A stretch of 64,000 bases of DNA from NCBI RefSeq assembly GCF_036321535.1, contig NC_087436.1:109680001-109744000 (forward strand). Direction: 5' to 3'. Below the pieces are notes generated by a model that saw only the letters and a list, made by a program, of their open reading frames with translations, did no database searches and was not told where the DNA came from. Positions 13,575 to 25,544 of the stretch are shown piece by piece (within the stretch, counting starts at the first letter, position 1; each line of letters begins with the position of its first letter). Position numbers and translations under genes: made by a program. The stretch is from Camelus dromedarius. Lineage: Eukaryota.

Positions 13575-13770
13575 GATTTCAAATACATACTAATCGAGTT
13601 GTTTACTCACTGTGTGACCCAAGATAGTCCCTTCAACCTCTTTTAAATTAGATTTTCTCACCTGTAAAAGAAGCTAGAAAGATGTTTCACAAAGGATCAT
13701 GGTGTAGTCTAAATGAGATAAAGTAGTCAAGTGCCTGACATAATAACTTGACAACAAATTATATTATTTT
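13575..13770 (+). mobile_element. MIR SINE
   Basis: tttactcactgtgtgacccaagatagtcccttcaacctc...ttttctcacctgtaaaag...aaatgagataa..gtgcctgacataataact. Confidence 0.7.
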
Positions 13771-14284
13771 TTTTACTAGACTCTACAAGATAATCAAGAC
13801 CTAATCATAATATTTTTGTTAAGTATACCTTTATTCTTTCATTTCTAAAGTGGGAACTGCTTAGGACTATGGAGTAACTTTTCTGGAACTTCTTTCTTTC
13901 CTATCCATTTATGTGTTTTTCTCTTTTTCGTTGTTTATCTCTGTCTTTCCCCATCCTCTGCTTACATCTATTTATACAAACATACACAAACACTCAACTT
14001 CAGCCTTGCCTACTCTCTTTAACGCAAACATGTTTTCTTTCACCGTATTCTATGCTTTCCTCTCCACACACGCATATTCATGCTCACACAATCACACTCA
14101 CACTTGGTGAATAGAGAGACAAGGATAGAAATCATAGTTTCAGCTTAAGCTTCTTAAACTGTTCCCTGATTAATAGAAAGAATGTTCAGGTCCCAAGCCC
14201 ATGACATTATGTATAAAAAACCTGTACAAGTTTCAAGTGATAAAGGAAATTTAGACCCTCCGTCTTCTAATTTCATCAATTAGG

Positions 14285-14438
14285 ATAGTGTACTTACTGG
14301 CACCAGGAGTGACAGCATCACCTGGAGACTAAGGCATAATCTGAGCACCATCCCTCTCCTACTGAATCAAAACTGCAGGTGGGCCCACCAATCTGTGTTT
14401 TAACCAGTTCTGCAGGTGATAAAGTCTGAGAACTTCTG
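14285..14438. mobile_element. MER5A-like hAT-Charlie DNA transposon
   Basis: cagcatcacctggagact...ctcctactgaatcaaaactgcaggtgggcccaccaatctgtgttttaaccagttctgcaggtgat..aagtctgagaacttctg. Confidence 0.75.
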
Positions 14439-14961
14439 GGCTAGAAAAAGTCTCATTTTTCCAATGTCCTTTCTTAGAGAGTTAAGGTAGATTGTTGCTT
14501 AATGGCTCAACTTGCTGCAAAATGAATTTGCCAAAACAGTGACCACAATCAGTGATTTATTAATTATAGAATAGAGTCCCTCTCAGTTGCTAATTTTTGT
14601 AAGAAACTGGTGAGGAGTTGCATTACCTTTTTATAACCAAAACATGCAGAAAATTTAAGACAAATCTAATTCGTGCTTTTGCTTACACAGATTGCCAAGA
14701 GAGAAGCAAACATAAAGGAAAGAAATGGGCAAGAATCATTTAACCCTTTTGGTGTTCAAACCAGGGAAAATGAAAATTAAAAGAACAAAACACTTTTTAT
14801 CACACAGTGGACTCCAACATGCACAGTTTTGGAAAATCCAGTTGTATAATGAGATTATTTTATAAAAAGCCTGGTTTCTTTTAGCTGAATTCTAGGCATG
14901 AATGTTCCTCCAGTAGGAACAGATAGTTCAAATTTTACATGACTTGACTCCTCAAAGAAAA

Positions 14962-15080
14962 GAAGAATGTAAGCTCCATTAAGGCAGAGATTTCTTTTCT
15001 TTTCTCTTCCACTGATGCATCCCAAACACCTAAAACATGCTCAGCACATTGTAGATGTCTAATAATTATCCACGGGATGG
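14962..15080 (+). mobile_element. L2 3' end
   Basis: gaatgtaagctccattaaggcagagatttc...cactgatgcatcccaaacacctaaaacatgctcagcacattgtagatgtctaataattat. Confidence 0.75.
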
Positions 15081-15141
15081 GAGATTGAGTAAAAACCACA
15101 CTTGTATAAGTCGTTCTTAGCTCTTATTTCTCCACTATCCA

Positions 15142-16488
15142 AAAAACTGGATTCATGGCCATTCCACCAGTGCAGTCACTCAAGGCCCAGAACTCAGAAG
15201 GTCTCCATGCTTAGTTTAATGAATGCTCTGCTGTTACCCTCTTGAAGTTCTTAATAACATTTCCTTGAAAATGTGTTTTGTAGGTGAAGTCTTAAAGCAG
15301 GCGCTAATCTGAAGAGATATATGAATATAAATGCCCGCCATCACTTGCCACTCCATTTGAATAAAGTGTTCATTATGCCCCTTGGGCACAGGATTCCCGT
15401 GGAACCATGACATGTGGGAGTTCAGCAAGACTCAAAGTAAATGTGAAATAAGTGTGTTACCTGGTGGATTGATTAAGGGCACCCTGACAGCCTTGGGAGG
15501 CCGTGTGTTTTTCTGTTTTTGTTTTTGTTTGTTTTTTCCTGTTCAGACTGGAGCTCTCTTCTACAAGAAGGCAATGGTGTTCTGAGAAAGACAAATGACC
15601 AAGGAATGCTATTATATTTCTTACTGGTATTACTTCCCAATATTAGCCAACCACTTATATTGAAAATTATGGCATTAAAGGAAAGGAAAAGATAGGACAA
15701 CTTATAGCTCCTTCTATTTTAAGTTCTGATGATCTGAAACAAATAGGCTGCCAGATATTTCTCCAACAAAGACAGGTTTATTTGGGATCAGTAGATAATT
15801 GCAGTTTGGGGTCCACCATCCTGGGGAGCCAGCCGCAAGCCCCCACATGACAAGGGAAGGAGAGCGCTTTCATAGAGGGGAGAAGGAAGTTGGGAGGACT
15901 CCAGAGCACAGAGAGTCCACGGCTTTTCACTGGCTGAGTCCCTGCCAGGAAAGAGGGGTCTTTCTTCCTCCTGTTGGGCTGCTGTCCTTGCAGGGCGTAA
16001 GAGCTCTCCCTTCCGGTGTCCCCACTCTATTTAATTGGGGCTTTTGTTTATTAATTTATTACAGTTCTTTCCTAATCATCAGGAAGCTGAAGGTAGAGAA
16101 TGTTGGTAGAGTGTGCACGTATCGAAAAGCGAAATAAAACCAGTTGAGTTAGTTCTGGGCAGTGTTTCCTTTTTCTGGTAAGAAAGACAATCACATGCAT
16201 GCATGAGCTACAAAATGCAGATTGCATTATTTTGGTGATTCCACATACGACTTAAATGTACTTATATTTTCAATTAAAACTAGCATTGTGTAATATAAAG
16301 ATGACGAGAATAGTTTATGCTAACAATTTTAAATTATAATTTTTCTTAGCTTAGAATGACATTAAATATAAAACACCTTAACGAGTGGAAGAAAAGAACA
16401 ATTTATATTTAATACTTTAAACAAAACTTTGTCCTGAATTTTGAACAAGGAACATTATGTTATGTTTCAAATTATATAGGTGGTCATG
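15142..16488 (+). mobile_element. MER45B-like hAT (Tip100) non-autonomous DNA transposon, split by an LTR
   Basis: 5' end ctggattcatgg..ccagtgcagtcactcaaggcccagaactcagaagg...gctctgctgttaccctcttgaagttcttaataa and 3' end ttttgaacaagg...caaattatataggtggtcatg match MER45 termini. 8-bp TSD actatcca (15134-15141) / actatccg (16489-16496). About 1.0 kb once the LTR is removed. Confidence 0.8.
15727..16063 (-). mobile_element. ERV1-class solo LTR (337 bp) nested in the MER45 element
   Basis: TG...CA termini, perfect 4-bp TSD gttc (15723-15726 and 16064-16067), and a minus-strand AATAAA near 15777-15782. Confidence 0.8.
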
Positions 16489-16599
16489 ACTATCCGTAAG
16501 TCCTGTTTACAAGACCCACTCCATCAGGACAGCTCTCTAAATATGCCCGCACTTTCCCTAGTTCTTTGCCTCTGCATGTATGGTTTCTCCTGTCTGAAG

Positions 16600-16830
16600 G
16601 CCAGTGTGGGAAACACCCAGTTTTAGAGCCAAACAGACTTGAGTTCATATCCTGACTGCTATTTTTAGGGGTGTGACTTCACACCTCTATGTCCTCTTGG
16701 CCCTGACTTCCTTATCTGTGAATGGGGGCTTGCTAATACCTACTTCTTAAGAGTTGTTAAGAGAATAAAAGAAGATACTTTATGGGACGTTAAAGTAAGA
16801 TAATATGTATAAAACTTCTGCTGTGGATGG
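16600..16830 (+). mobile_element. MIR SINE
   Basis: ttttagagccaaacagacttgagttcatatcctgact...gtgtgactt...ttccttatctgtgaatggggg..taatacctacttcttaagagttgttaagagaataaa. Confidence 0.8.
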
Positions 16831-17014
16831 TTTCAGGGCCAGGCAGGCAGTACAGTGGGTGTGACATGGGAGCATCAGTCCATTGTTAATGTTGGGAATC
16901 ACCCAAAAATTAGAGTGGCAAGTGCTACCCAAAGGGATTTTAATTTTACAAAATGTTTAAAAACATGGCTTTTGACTATGTATTTCCACTATGATGGAGA
17001 ATTTAAAAGATTCA

Positions 17015-17660
17015 CAAGACCAAAGTTTGGCCAACAATGTGGACACACTGGAACTCTCAAATACTGCTGGTGAGAATGTAAAATTGTATAACCACACTGG
17101 AAGATGGCTAGAAGAGTTTCTTAAAGAAAGTTAAGAAATATGTTCACACAAAAGACATTTAAACAAATGTCCACCTGAAGACTTGTGTGCAGTAATATAA
17201 CAGCTTTATTCACAATAGCCGGCCACTGCAGACAACTTAAATGAGGCAGTGAAATGCTACTTAACTGAAAAAAAAAAAACCAAAACAAAAAGAATGAACT
17301 TCTAACACAGGCACAATATGAATACATGTTAAAATCATTATGCTGACTAACCAAAGCCATACACAGAAGATTTAAGGTTATGTGACTCCATTTATATAAA
17401 ATTCCAGAGAAGTCATTCTAACCTACAGTGACTAAAAGACATCAGTTGCTGGTAGAGTCTAGGACTGGAGGGTGAGAGGGATGGCCGTGGACTTCGGAAA
17501 ATTTTAGGGGAGATGTTCTATAATCTTGGATGTGGCAGTGGCTTATGGTTGAAACTTTCTGTCTAAACTTAACAAATTTTACTTTAAAAATATATATATA
17601 TATATTTATATATGCAGTTTATGTTATATAACTTAAATCTCAATAAAACTGATTAAAACA
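17015..17660 (+). mobile_element. L1MC/L1ME-type 3' region (internally deleted)
   Basis: ggaactctcaaatactgctggtgagaatgtaaaattgtataaccac...cagctttattcacaatagcc...tatgtgactccatttatataaaattccagaga...ctcaataaaactgattaaaa. Confidence 0.8.
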
Positions 17661-18197
17661 TAAGCAATGAATGAGATGACTGACGGTCAGTTAAAAAATT
17701 CATGAACTTGCCCAAGATCACACTGCTGACCAGCAGAGGGACCATCACAATCTCCCAACCTTCCTGCATCCTTGGAATAAACAACAAAAAGTTTTTTTTT
17801 TTTTTTTTTGGCCAAACAAATTATATCAATAGGTGATCTCTGCTTGTTGGCTGTCAATTTACAACCTCTGGTACAGCTGGTAAAAGGATGGGTGGGCCCC
17901 TTCCCCCACCCTCTTCACAATTACACCTCTCCTGCAACATCTTCATGTGGAAAATGATCTCTTTCTCAGGACCCACTGGAACCTCCTGGGTCAAAACTTC
18001 ATTTTTTCCAGGTGGTTGGCCATTCCCACATCAGGACGAATATAATATCATAGCCACCAAATAACATTTGTGACCACTCCACTATCACTTGATATAAATG
18101 AACGTGTGACAGAGGAGAAATAGTGTAAAAAAAAAACAAAAAAAAAAACCAAAAACCTGTTAACACACTAGTCAGGTCCCTCCAGGCCTTTAGAAAG

Positions 18198-18661
18198 TAT
18201 GTTAGTTCCCCAGGGCCACTATAGAACAATTTAACACAACTTGATGTAAAACCAGACATTTATTCTCTCACTGCTCTTCAGGCCAGAACCACAAACTCAG
18301 GGTGTTGGCAGGGCCATGCTCTCTCTGAAGGCACTAGGGGAGAACCCTTCCTTGCTTCTTCTAGCTTCTGGTGGGTCCGAGTACACCTTGGCTCATAGCT
18401 GTACAACTCCAACTGATGCCTCCTCCTCACCTGGCCTTCTCTTTAGTGTGTTTCTCCTTTGTGCATCCGTTATAAGCACACATATCACTGAACTTGGGGC
18501 CCACCCAGATAATCCAGGATAATCTCATCTCAATATCCCTAACTTAATTACATTACAATGACCCTTATTCCAAATAAGGTCACGTTCACATGTTCCAAGG
18601 ATTAAGATGTGGCCATATTTTAGCCAGGGAGAGGATGATGGGTACCATTCAGTTCACTACA
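18198..18661 (-). mobile_element. MaLR solo LTR (MLT1C-like)
   Basis: ggtgttggcagggccatgctctctctgaaggcactaggggagaacccttccttgcttcttctagcttctggtgg...ccagataatccaggataatctcatctc...ccaaataaggtcacgttcaca. Confidence 0.88.
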
Positions 18662-19077
18662 GAGGGGACCCATGCAAGAGAGGCCTCGAGACATAAGTTT
18701 CACGAGCATTATGATAAATCTGCGCCTGCTGAGCTCTATTTAAATAAGGAAGTACATGAAGAGAAATAAGTAAATGACTCAAGCCAAGCTCCTAGAAGGA
18801 GCTGAGTAGGTATTTAAGTTGGGGTCATTTATACAGTTTCCCCCAGGCCAATCTGCCTTTGCATTTTACTTCCAAGTTACCTAGCCTGAAATATAACTTA
18901 TAAAATTCATGTTTTTCCTGAAACCTTTTAGTAAGAAAAAGAATTCAAATGAAAAGTTATTACCCAGCCACAGTTAATTCATTCAGGATACTATGAATGC
19001 CTTTACCATGTATGTGCAAAGAAAAGATACATAATTGACAAATATTTGTAAATAAAATATTTATTTACAAATATAGA

Positions 19078-19170
19078 AACATATTTATATATGTATTTAT
19101 ATACATATATATGTATATATGTTTGTAAATATATATATGAATAAGGGTATATATATATATAATATACACA
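19078..19170. repeat. Imperfect (TA)n/(TATG)n microsatellite
   Basis: Directly visible low-complexity tract. Confidence 0.9.
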
Positions 19171-19197
19171 CATGTGGGAACATTTTGTACTTTCTTA

Positions 19198-19340
19198 AAA
19201 TTTATAAATGGAAGGAAACTCAGTGAGGTTTCTATTATAAGTGGGGCAATGAGATAAGAGTTATGAATCGTGACTTGACCAAGCTCACTAAGCTGGAGGA
19301 CAGACAGAGGTGGCACACAGTCCTCTGGTTTCCAGTCTTT
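19198..19340 (-). mobile_element. MIR fragment
   Basis: ttttataaatggaaggaaactcagtgagg...gtgacttgaccaagctcactaagctgg...cagtcctctggtttccag. Confidence 0.6.
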
Positions 19341-20545
19341 ATATTTCAATCTGCCCCAGTTCTCTGTATCCTCATTTTTTTTCCCTTTCCTAAGCCAGTT
19401 TTATTTCTATCAAAGTCATCTCAATGATTTTATTTTAATTAATCTGATGGATTTAAAGGATAAAATGTATTATGTGCATCTCCTTTAGGAAAATATTTGA
19501 TGACTCTAAGACCCAATTCTTTGAGAATTTGCTATCACCAAGTCTTGGTACTTTATAGCTTTTGAATATTAATTTTTTTTTCTGATATGGATTACAAATG
19601 AGAAAGGATATCAGAGTAGCAAATTGACAAAAGCTCTTTTTGAGATGATCATGAATAATAGATATTATATTCATTTTGCATATTTTGAGAAACTGTGCAA
19701 ATCATATTAAGTAAATTGCTTATGAGGTGAGGTGTTTCAATAAAAACAGTTAATTTTCTTTTTTCACAGCATGTAAGTGGTGTTTAAGCTAACTGTATGC
19801 AAATCTTCAGGCTCCCTGCTATATTACAAAAACCTGAATTACCTAATAATAATATACTCTCTCCTCATCAAGGCTTTGGTGCCTTTAGCCTCAACCCTTT
19901 TCTTCCCTATTTTTAATTCTATTAAACTCATAATGTGCCATTTTATATACTTTCTAAAGTTATTAACTTCTTTTATCATATTTGTGATTTGAATAGATTT
20001 CAAGGAAGTGGCCTTCATATTAACTATTCTGTGGACTAGTCAGTTCTTATGTAATTAGGTGGTAAAGGGACACATTCACCAACTTGACACCGGAAAGCGG
20101 AGTTGAAGAGATTGGATTCTAGCTTCAAGAGGTATAATGTCTTCTATGGGACCTCAGGAAGCCAGGGTATTGGCACTGTGTGTGGGGACATGGGACACAG
20201 AGGGTACTTTTGGATTTAGGGGTTAGGGGGTACTCAGTGAAGATATCACAGAGGTACTGACATTTGAGCTAAAAATTAAATTGCACACAAATAGATGAGA
20301 TAAGGAGAGCATTTGAAACAAAGGAACAGGATGAGTGAAGCCTGGAGGTGAGGAAACATGGTCTGTTTTGAGAAAGAAGCAGTTGCTCTGGTTTAACAGA
20401 GGTAGATAAGCTACCCGAGGAAATGTAGTGAAACCTAAGATTATAACAATAATAAATAGTAATAAATACAAAGGAAATAAGAACACTTACCATGTTTGAA
20501 TACTCACTACGTTCAAGGCCTTGTGTTTAATTCTTTATATTTGTC

Positions 20546-20910
20546 ATTTGTCAGTCTGTTTGGGTTGCTATTACAGAATCCTGCAGACTGAGAGATTTTA
20601 AACAAATAGGAATTTGTTCTTATTTTTTTGGAAGCTAGAATTCCAAGATAAGGCATTGGCAGATTCAGTGTCTGGTGAGGGTCATTCCTTGGTTCATAAA
20701 TGGACGTCTTCCTGCTGTATTCCCACAAAGAGAAGGGAGGGGCGGAAGAGGTGAGGAGTCTATTTTATAATGACCCTAATTCCATTCATGGCGGCTCCAC
20801 TCTCATGACCTAATTACCTCCCAAAGCCCCCACTTCTTAATACCATCACATGGTGGGGGTAGGATTTCAACCTACAAATTTGGGGGAGCACCACCATTTT
20901 GTCCTTTGCG
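20546..20910 (-). mobile_element. MaLR solo LTR (MLT1A/A0-like) inserted into a MIR
   Basis: agtctgtttgggttgctattacagaat...ggcagattcagtgtctggtgaggg...ctaattccattcatggcggctccactctcatgacctaattacctcccaaagccccc. Near-perfect 5-bp TSD ttgtc/ttgcc. MIR halves at ~20480-20545 and ~20915-21040. Confidence 0.88.
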
Positions 20911-21139
20911 TTGCCACACATTCCCCATAACTCTGGGAGGAAGAGAGTAGCTATTGTTCCAGTTTTGAAAACCAAGGTGTAGAAAAGATACGTACATTTC
21001 CTACAATTATGCCAAGTGGTGGAGTCTTAAATGTCAGATTGAAGAACTGGCCTTGAAATCAGAGCTTCTGTGAAGACTCTGATGTCAGGATGCAATGTGG
21101 TTTCTTCTTAGATCAGAAAGTTCTATCAAAATGTAGTTA

Positions 21140-21500
21140 GTCAACATTTTTTTAATGTGTCTTATGAGCCAGGCATGACTTGGCACTGGAATATATGAAT
21201 GAACAAATATAAAAGACCCTGTTCTTACTGTGTTTATTCAAGTGAGAGGAGACAGAAAAAGAAATGTATGCCCTAAAGAAGAAAATGATATCTCAGAAGG
21301 GACAAGTGCTGTGGGGGGAAACGGAACAGACTGCGGGGGGATCCAGATAGCAAACAAGGGTTCCAGTTACAAAAGTTAACAGAGTGGCCAGCATGGGCTG
21401 CTTTAAGAAGCTCAGATTGGGAAAAAAGTGGAAGTGTCAGCCAAGGAAATATCTGGAGAAGAGTATTGCAAGTAGTGGGGAGAGTTAATGTGGATGCTCT
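21140..21500 (-). mobile_element. L2 fragment
   Basis: tcaacatttttttaatgtgtcttatgagccaggcatgacttggcactggaatatatgaatgaacaa...gaccctgttcttactg...gaggagagacaga. Confidence 0.75.
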
Positions 21501-21505
21501 AAGAA

Positions 21506-21871
21506 TGCTTTGAGCTAAATGTTTGTGTCCTTTCAAAATTTATATGTCAAAATCTTAACCCTCAATGTGATGTTATTTAGGAGGCAGGCCTGTGGGAGGT
21601 GATTACATCATGATTGTAGAGCCCTCCTTACAAAAGCATCCCCAGAGACGTCCTGCATCCCATCTGCCTTGTGAGGACACAGCGATAGGATGGCTGCCTG
21701 TGTATGAGGAAGCGGGCTCTCACCAGATGCTGAATCTGTTGGTGACTTGACCTTGAATTTCTCAGTCTCCAGAACTGTGAAAAATAAATGTTCATTGTTT
21801 AAGCCACCCTGTCAATGATGTGTTTATTGAAGCAGCTATTTTTGTTAGAGCAGCTCAAAAAGAGTAAGACA
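21506..21871 (+). mobile_element. MaLR solo LTR (MLT1A-like)
   Basis: tgctttgagctaaatgtttgtgtcctttcaaaatttatatgtcaaaatcttaaccctcaatgtgatg...gtgaggacacagcg...ctcaccagatgctgaatctg...ccagaactgtgaaaaataaat...taagaca. Confidence 0.9.
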
Positions 21872-22497
21872 GAGACCTGTGCTAAACCCAAAAAGCAGAG
21901 ACTGTAACTGTAATTTCTTTCTTCAGGAGCTTTGAAATTCAGAGTCCCATGTACCAGGTAATTCATCCAGGCAAATGCCTATTAGATATCACTTCGCTGG
22001 ACAAAGCAGGTACAACACGAGTACGACAGGGGCCAATGGGGAAGACTGATGTAGAGACTAGACACTGTCTACTATAGTTCTGTGACTGCTCTGCTAGAGT
22101 AATAGGCTTTTGGAGCAAAATGTGCACAGCTCTTCCTGATGTGCAAGGGATAATAGTAGAGCAGTGCTTCACAGAAGCAATTTTTGAACTGCTTTCAAGG
22201 ATTTCACTATGAATATGTTGAAAATACAAAGGGAGTGAATGTACTACAAGCATTAAAATGATTATAGTGGGTATTTATGAAAGCCTGGATAGGATGCAAG
22301 TCCACATCTACAAAGCCCCACAAAGCCCCACCTTTCAGTGACGGTGACCAAGTCAGTTCTGTTCATTGGATCTGACGCCTAGTCAATGGATGTTTGCATT
22401 GCTAAAAATTAGCACATTGCCTCCCACACGGTATGCACTAAAAAAGTGTTAAATTGAATTGAACGATTAAAATCTGAGTATCTCTTTTAAGGGTTAA

Positions 22498-24294
22498 TGA
22501 GAGCTTACAGAAGATGGTGGAATAGGAAGACCCTGAGCTCACCTCCTCCCATGGGTGCACAAAAATCACAACTTTTTATAGAGAAGCTATCAATGAGGAA
22601 AACTGGAAACCAGCAGAAAAAAATCTGCTACAACTAAAGATATAAAGAAGGAACCACAATGAGACAGGTAGGAGGGGCAGAGACTTGATAGAATCAAGAC
22701 CCATACCCCAGACTGGGAGACCCATGAGAGGATAATTAAAATTGCAGAGTTTCTCCCCAAGGAGTTAAAGGTCAGAGCCCCATAGAAGCCCTGCACATGA
22801 GGACAAGTCTTCTGAATGTTTGGCTTTAAAGACCAGTAGAGCTTACTTTCAGGAGAGGGTTGTGGGAAATAGAGATGCCACTCCTAATGGGTGCACACAA
22901 AAATCACACATGTTCTAGGACCCAGGGAAGAAGCACTGATTTGAAAGAAGCCTGAATCAAATCCATCTGCTGATTGGAGAGCCTCCCAGAGTGGCAGAAG
23001 GCAGCCTGGGGACGTAGACACTGGTAGCAGCCAATGTTGGGAGCTTCTTCTACCATGTGGACCCTGGTAGGTGCTGGCAAGTGCCATGTTGGAATTATCT
23101 CTCTAGCTTATTAGCTCTGGGAATCAGCCCTGCCCACCAGCCTGCTGGCACCAGTACTAGGACGCCCCAGGTCAATCAACAATTCAGGAGGAGACAAAAT
23201 CCAACACACTAAGAAGCTGTCTGCTTTAAGACCCTCTGTACCCACAGCTGCCCTGGCACTTGCCCTGTCCTCCAGAGGGCCCAGGACAAGGCATGCATGC
23301 CAGTATGCCAGAAATAACCTCTGGGCCAGCCAGAGGCCTTCAAGATCCAGCTCTGTCCACCACTGGGCTGAAACACAAACCCCAGAATCCCCAGGGCCCT
23401 GCACCCAAATACCCAGTAGGCCAATACTAGCCCCAGGACTTGGCCTCTTGCACCAGTGGGCAGACACCAGTCCTAGAATGACCCTCAGCCATCTACCCCG
23501 GATTCTGTCACTAGCGCACTGACACCAGCTCTGGAACCTCCAGGGCCTTGCAGCCAGATACCTGGGAACCCAGATTCACTGACCAGTGAGCCTGCACTAG
23601 CCTCAGGGCCCACTGGGCTGTAAGCCTGCCCACCAGTAGGCCCACAGCAGCTCCAAAAATCCTTGACCACTTAAGCCAGACTCACGGGACCCAGCTTCAC
23701 TCACCAGCGGGCCAACGCCAGCTTGGGGCACCCTGGATCTGCACCTAGCCATGTTAGTAACTGACTCCACCCCCTAGCAGGACAATACCCCAACCTGCAA
23801 CAGCCACTCCAGAATCTAGCTCTGCCTACTAGTGTGGCCTACTGGGCACGCTGGAGCCCAGTAGCCAGCAGCCTGTGACCCAGCTCCACCCAACTGTAGC
23901 AGGCAGCCTCTGCACAAGGCAGGACCTGGAAACCCATGCGATCAGGATCCACCCGTGCCTACCAGATAGCCCACGGTATTCAGCCTACCACATCAGAAGG
24001 ACCCACATAGTCCAAACGGAGGGCACCCCTGCAGCATATGTCTCTGGTGACCATAGCACACCTCCTGTGAAAGATCAGTCGTCCAAGGTCAGAAAACATA
24101 ATCAGCCTACCAAATACATAGAAATAAAAACAGCAAATCAGGCAGAATGAGGCCACAGAGGAATATATTCCAAATGAAGAAATAAGATAAAACCCCAGAA
24201 GAAGAACTAAGTGAAGCAGCAATAGGCACCCTACCTGATAAATAGCTCAAGGGAATGACTATAAAGCCACTCAAAGAACTTGGGAGAAGATTGG
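22498..24294 (+). mobile_element. L1 5'UTR plus start of ORF1 (cetartiodactyl type), 3'-truncated
   Basis: aagatggtggaataggaagaccctgagctcacctcctcccatggg start, then an internal degenerate repeat array. From ATG 24147 it reads MRPQRNIFQMKK*DKTPEEELSEAAIGTLPDK*LKGMTIKPLKELGRRL, resembling the ORF1p N-terminus with two stops. Confidence 0.85.
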
Positions 24295-24904
24295 TAGGTG
24301 GGAGGAAGGGAGCTGGGAAATGCCGCTCCATCTTGGCCTCAAAAGAGAAATATGGGAGAAATGAAGAAAAGAAGCATACTGGCCAAAAAGACTTTGAAGC
24401 AAAACCTTCAAAAGACTAAAAAATAACTAAACAGAAAAGTCCAGAGCTCAGACCTTACATAGTTTCTCTACGTTTGGCAGCCAGGACACTACCTGCGTCC
24501 GATAGCGCTCTCCCAGATTGGTGGTTTTATCCTCAGGACAGTGGACCCCAGGTTATTGAGAATGGTTTCCTTATACATGAGGAATCCTAGAGGAGAGAAA
24601 AAAGAGGGGCGGGCAGCACCATATTGTCAAGGCTGTGACCTAAAAGGAATACTATTTTTTAAATCCCTCTCTGGCAGTGAAGGCCCCACAAAGGGAATTC
24701 AGGTCTTTGACTTCATTGCAAAACAAGACTGGGTGACAAACGCAGGGACAAGTGCATAGAGAAGGCTGGATGGGCTACAGGGATGGATGGATGGTCAGGC
24801 TTAGAAGCATACTAAATAGAGGAAAGAAGATGTTAAATCTCTGTACCCATATAATTACATTTAGTAGAAGCATACATGAGCTATGAATGTTATAAACATG
24901 AAGG

Positions 24905-25135
24905 GCAGTGTTGGATTTAAGAACATTGCCTAAGGGTCATAAAGATGAGAATTTAGATACTGGAATCCCCACTTACTAACCTGTTTACACAGCCAATTTG
25001 CCTAAGGTTCTTAGATCCTCAAGGTTCTTACCTGTGAAATGGAGATAAAATCTACTTCAGAAATGTTATCAGCATCAGAAACAAAATGTACAATAAAAAA
25101 TGTAAAGACAGCACAGCATCTGGGGTAAGGTCGCT
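24905..25135 (+). mobile_element. MIR SINE
   Basis: cccacttactaacctgtttacacagccaatttgcctaaggttcttagatcctcaaggttcttacctgtgaaatggagataaaatctacttcagaaatgttat...aatgtaaagacagcacagcatctgg. Confidence 0.7.
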
Positions 25136-25544
25136 GTATTTTCACCAGATGAGTACTGACTGGTACAGATCGTGCAGTTACCGTAAGTATAAGCTGGAAA
25201 TGCATTTCCCTTGGGCGGAAGTAGCATTCCATATATTGCTCTTTTCAGGACACTCTGCCTGCCACATTCTACCTGAAAAGAGGGTCTTGTGTGACTCATA
25301 GCTTTTGAACCAGAGCAAAAATAAACATGAGCAGGTCTATTTCTGTAACAGGGCCTTTGTGTCTTCTCTCCCTCCACCTCTATTTGCACATGTAGAGATA
25401 ACTTCACAGTTGGATACCTACTCTGTAGTTTATGTTAATAAGTCGCTGTTGCATGACCCTTTTATACTGTGGACTAGGGAGAGGCCATAGTTTATTATTT
25501 CTGTTTTATGGATTATATCACTGAAACCCTAAACCTTAAATGGC

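Noticed and set aside
17727..17744. CTCF-like site tgaccagcagagggacca
   Set aside because: It lacks the conserved C after GGG and lies at the edge of a MIR fragment
22590..24331. Cluster of overlapping minus-strand ORFs
   Set aside because: They are antisense to an L1 5'UTR repeat array and ORF1 remnant, so this is a compositional artefact
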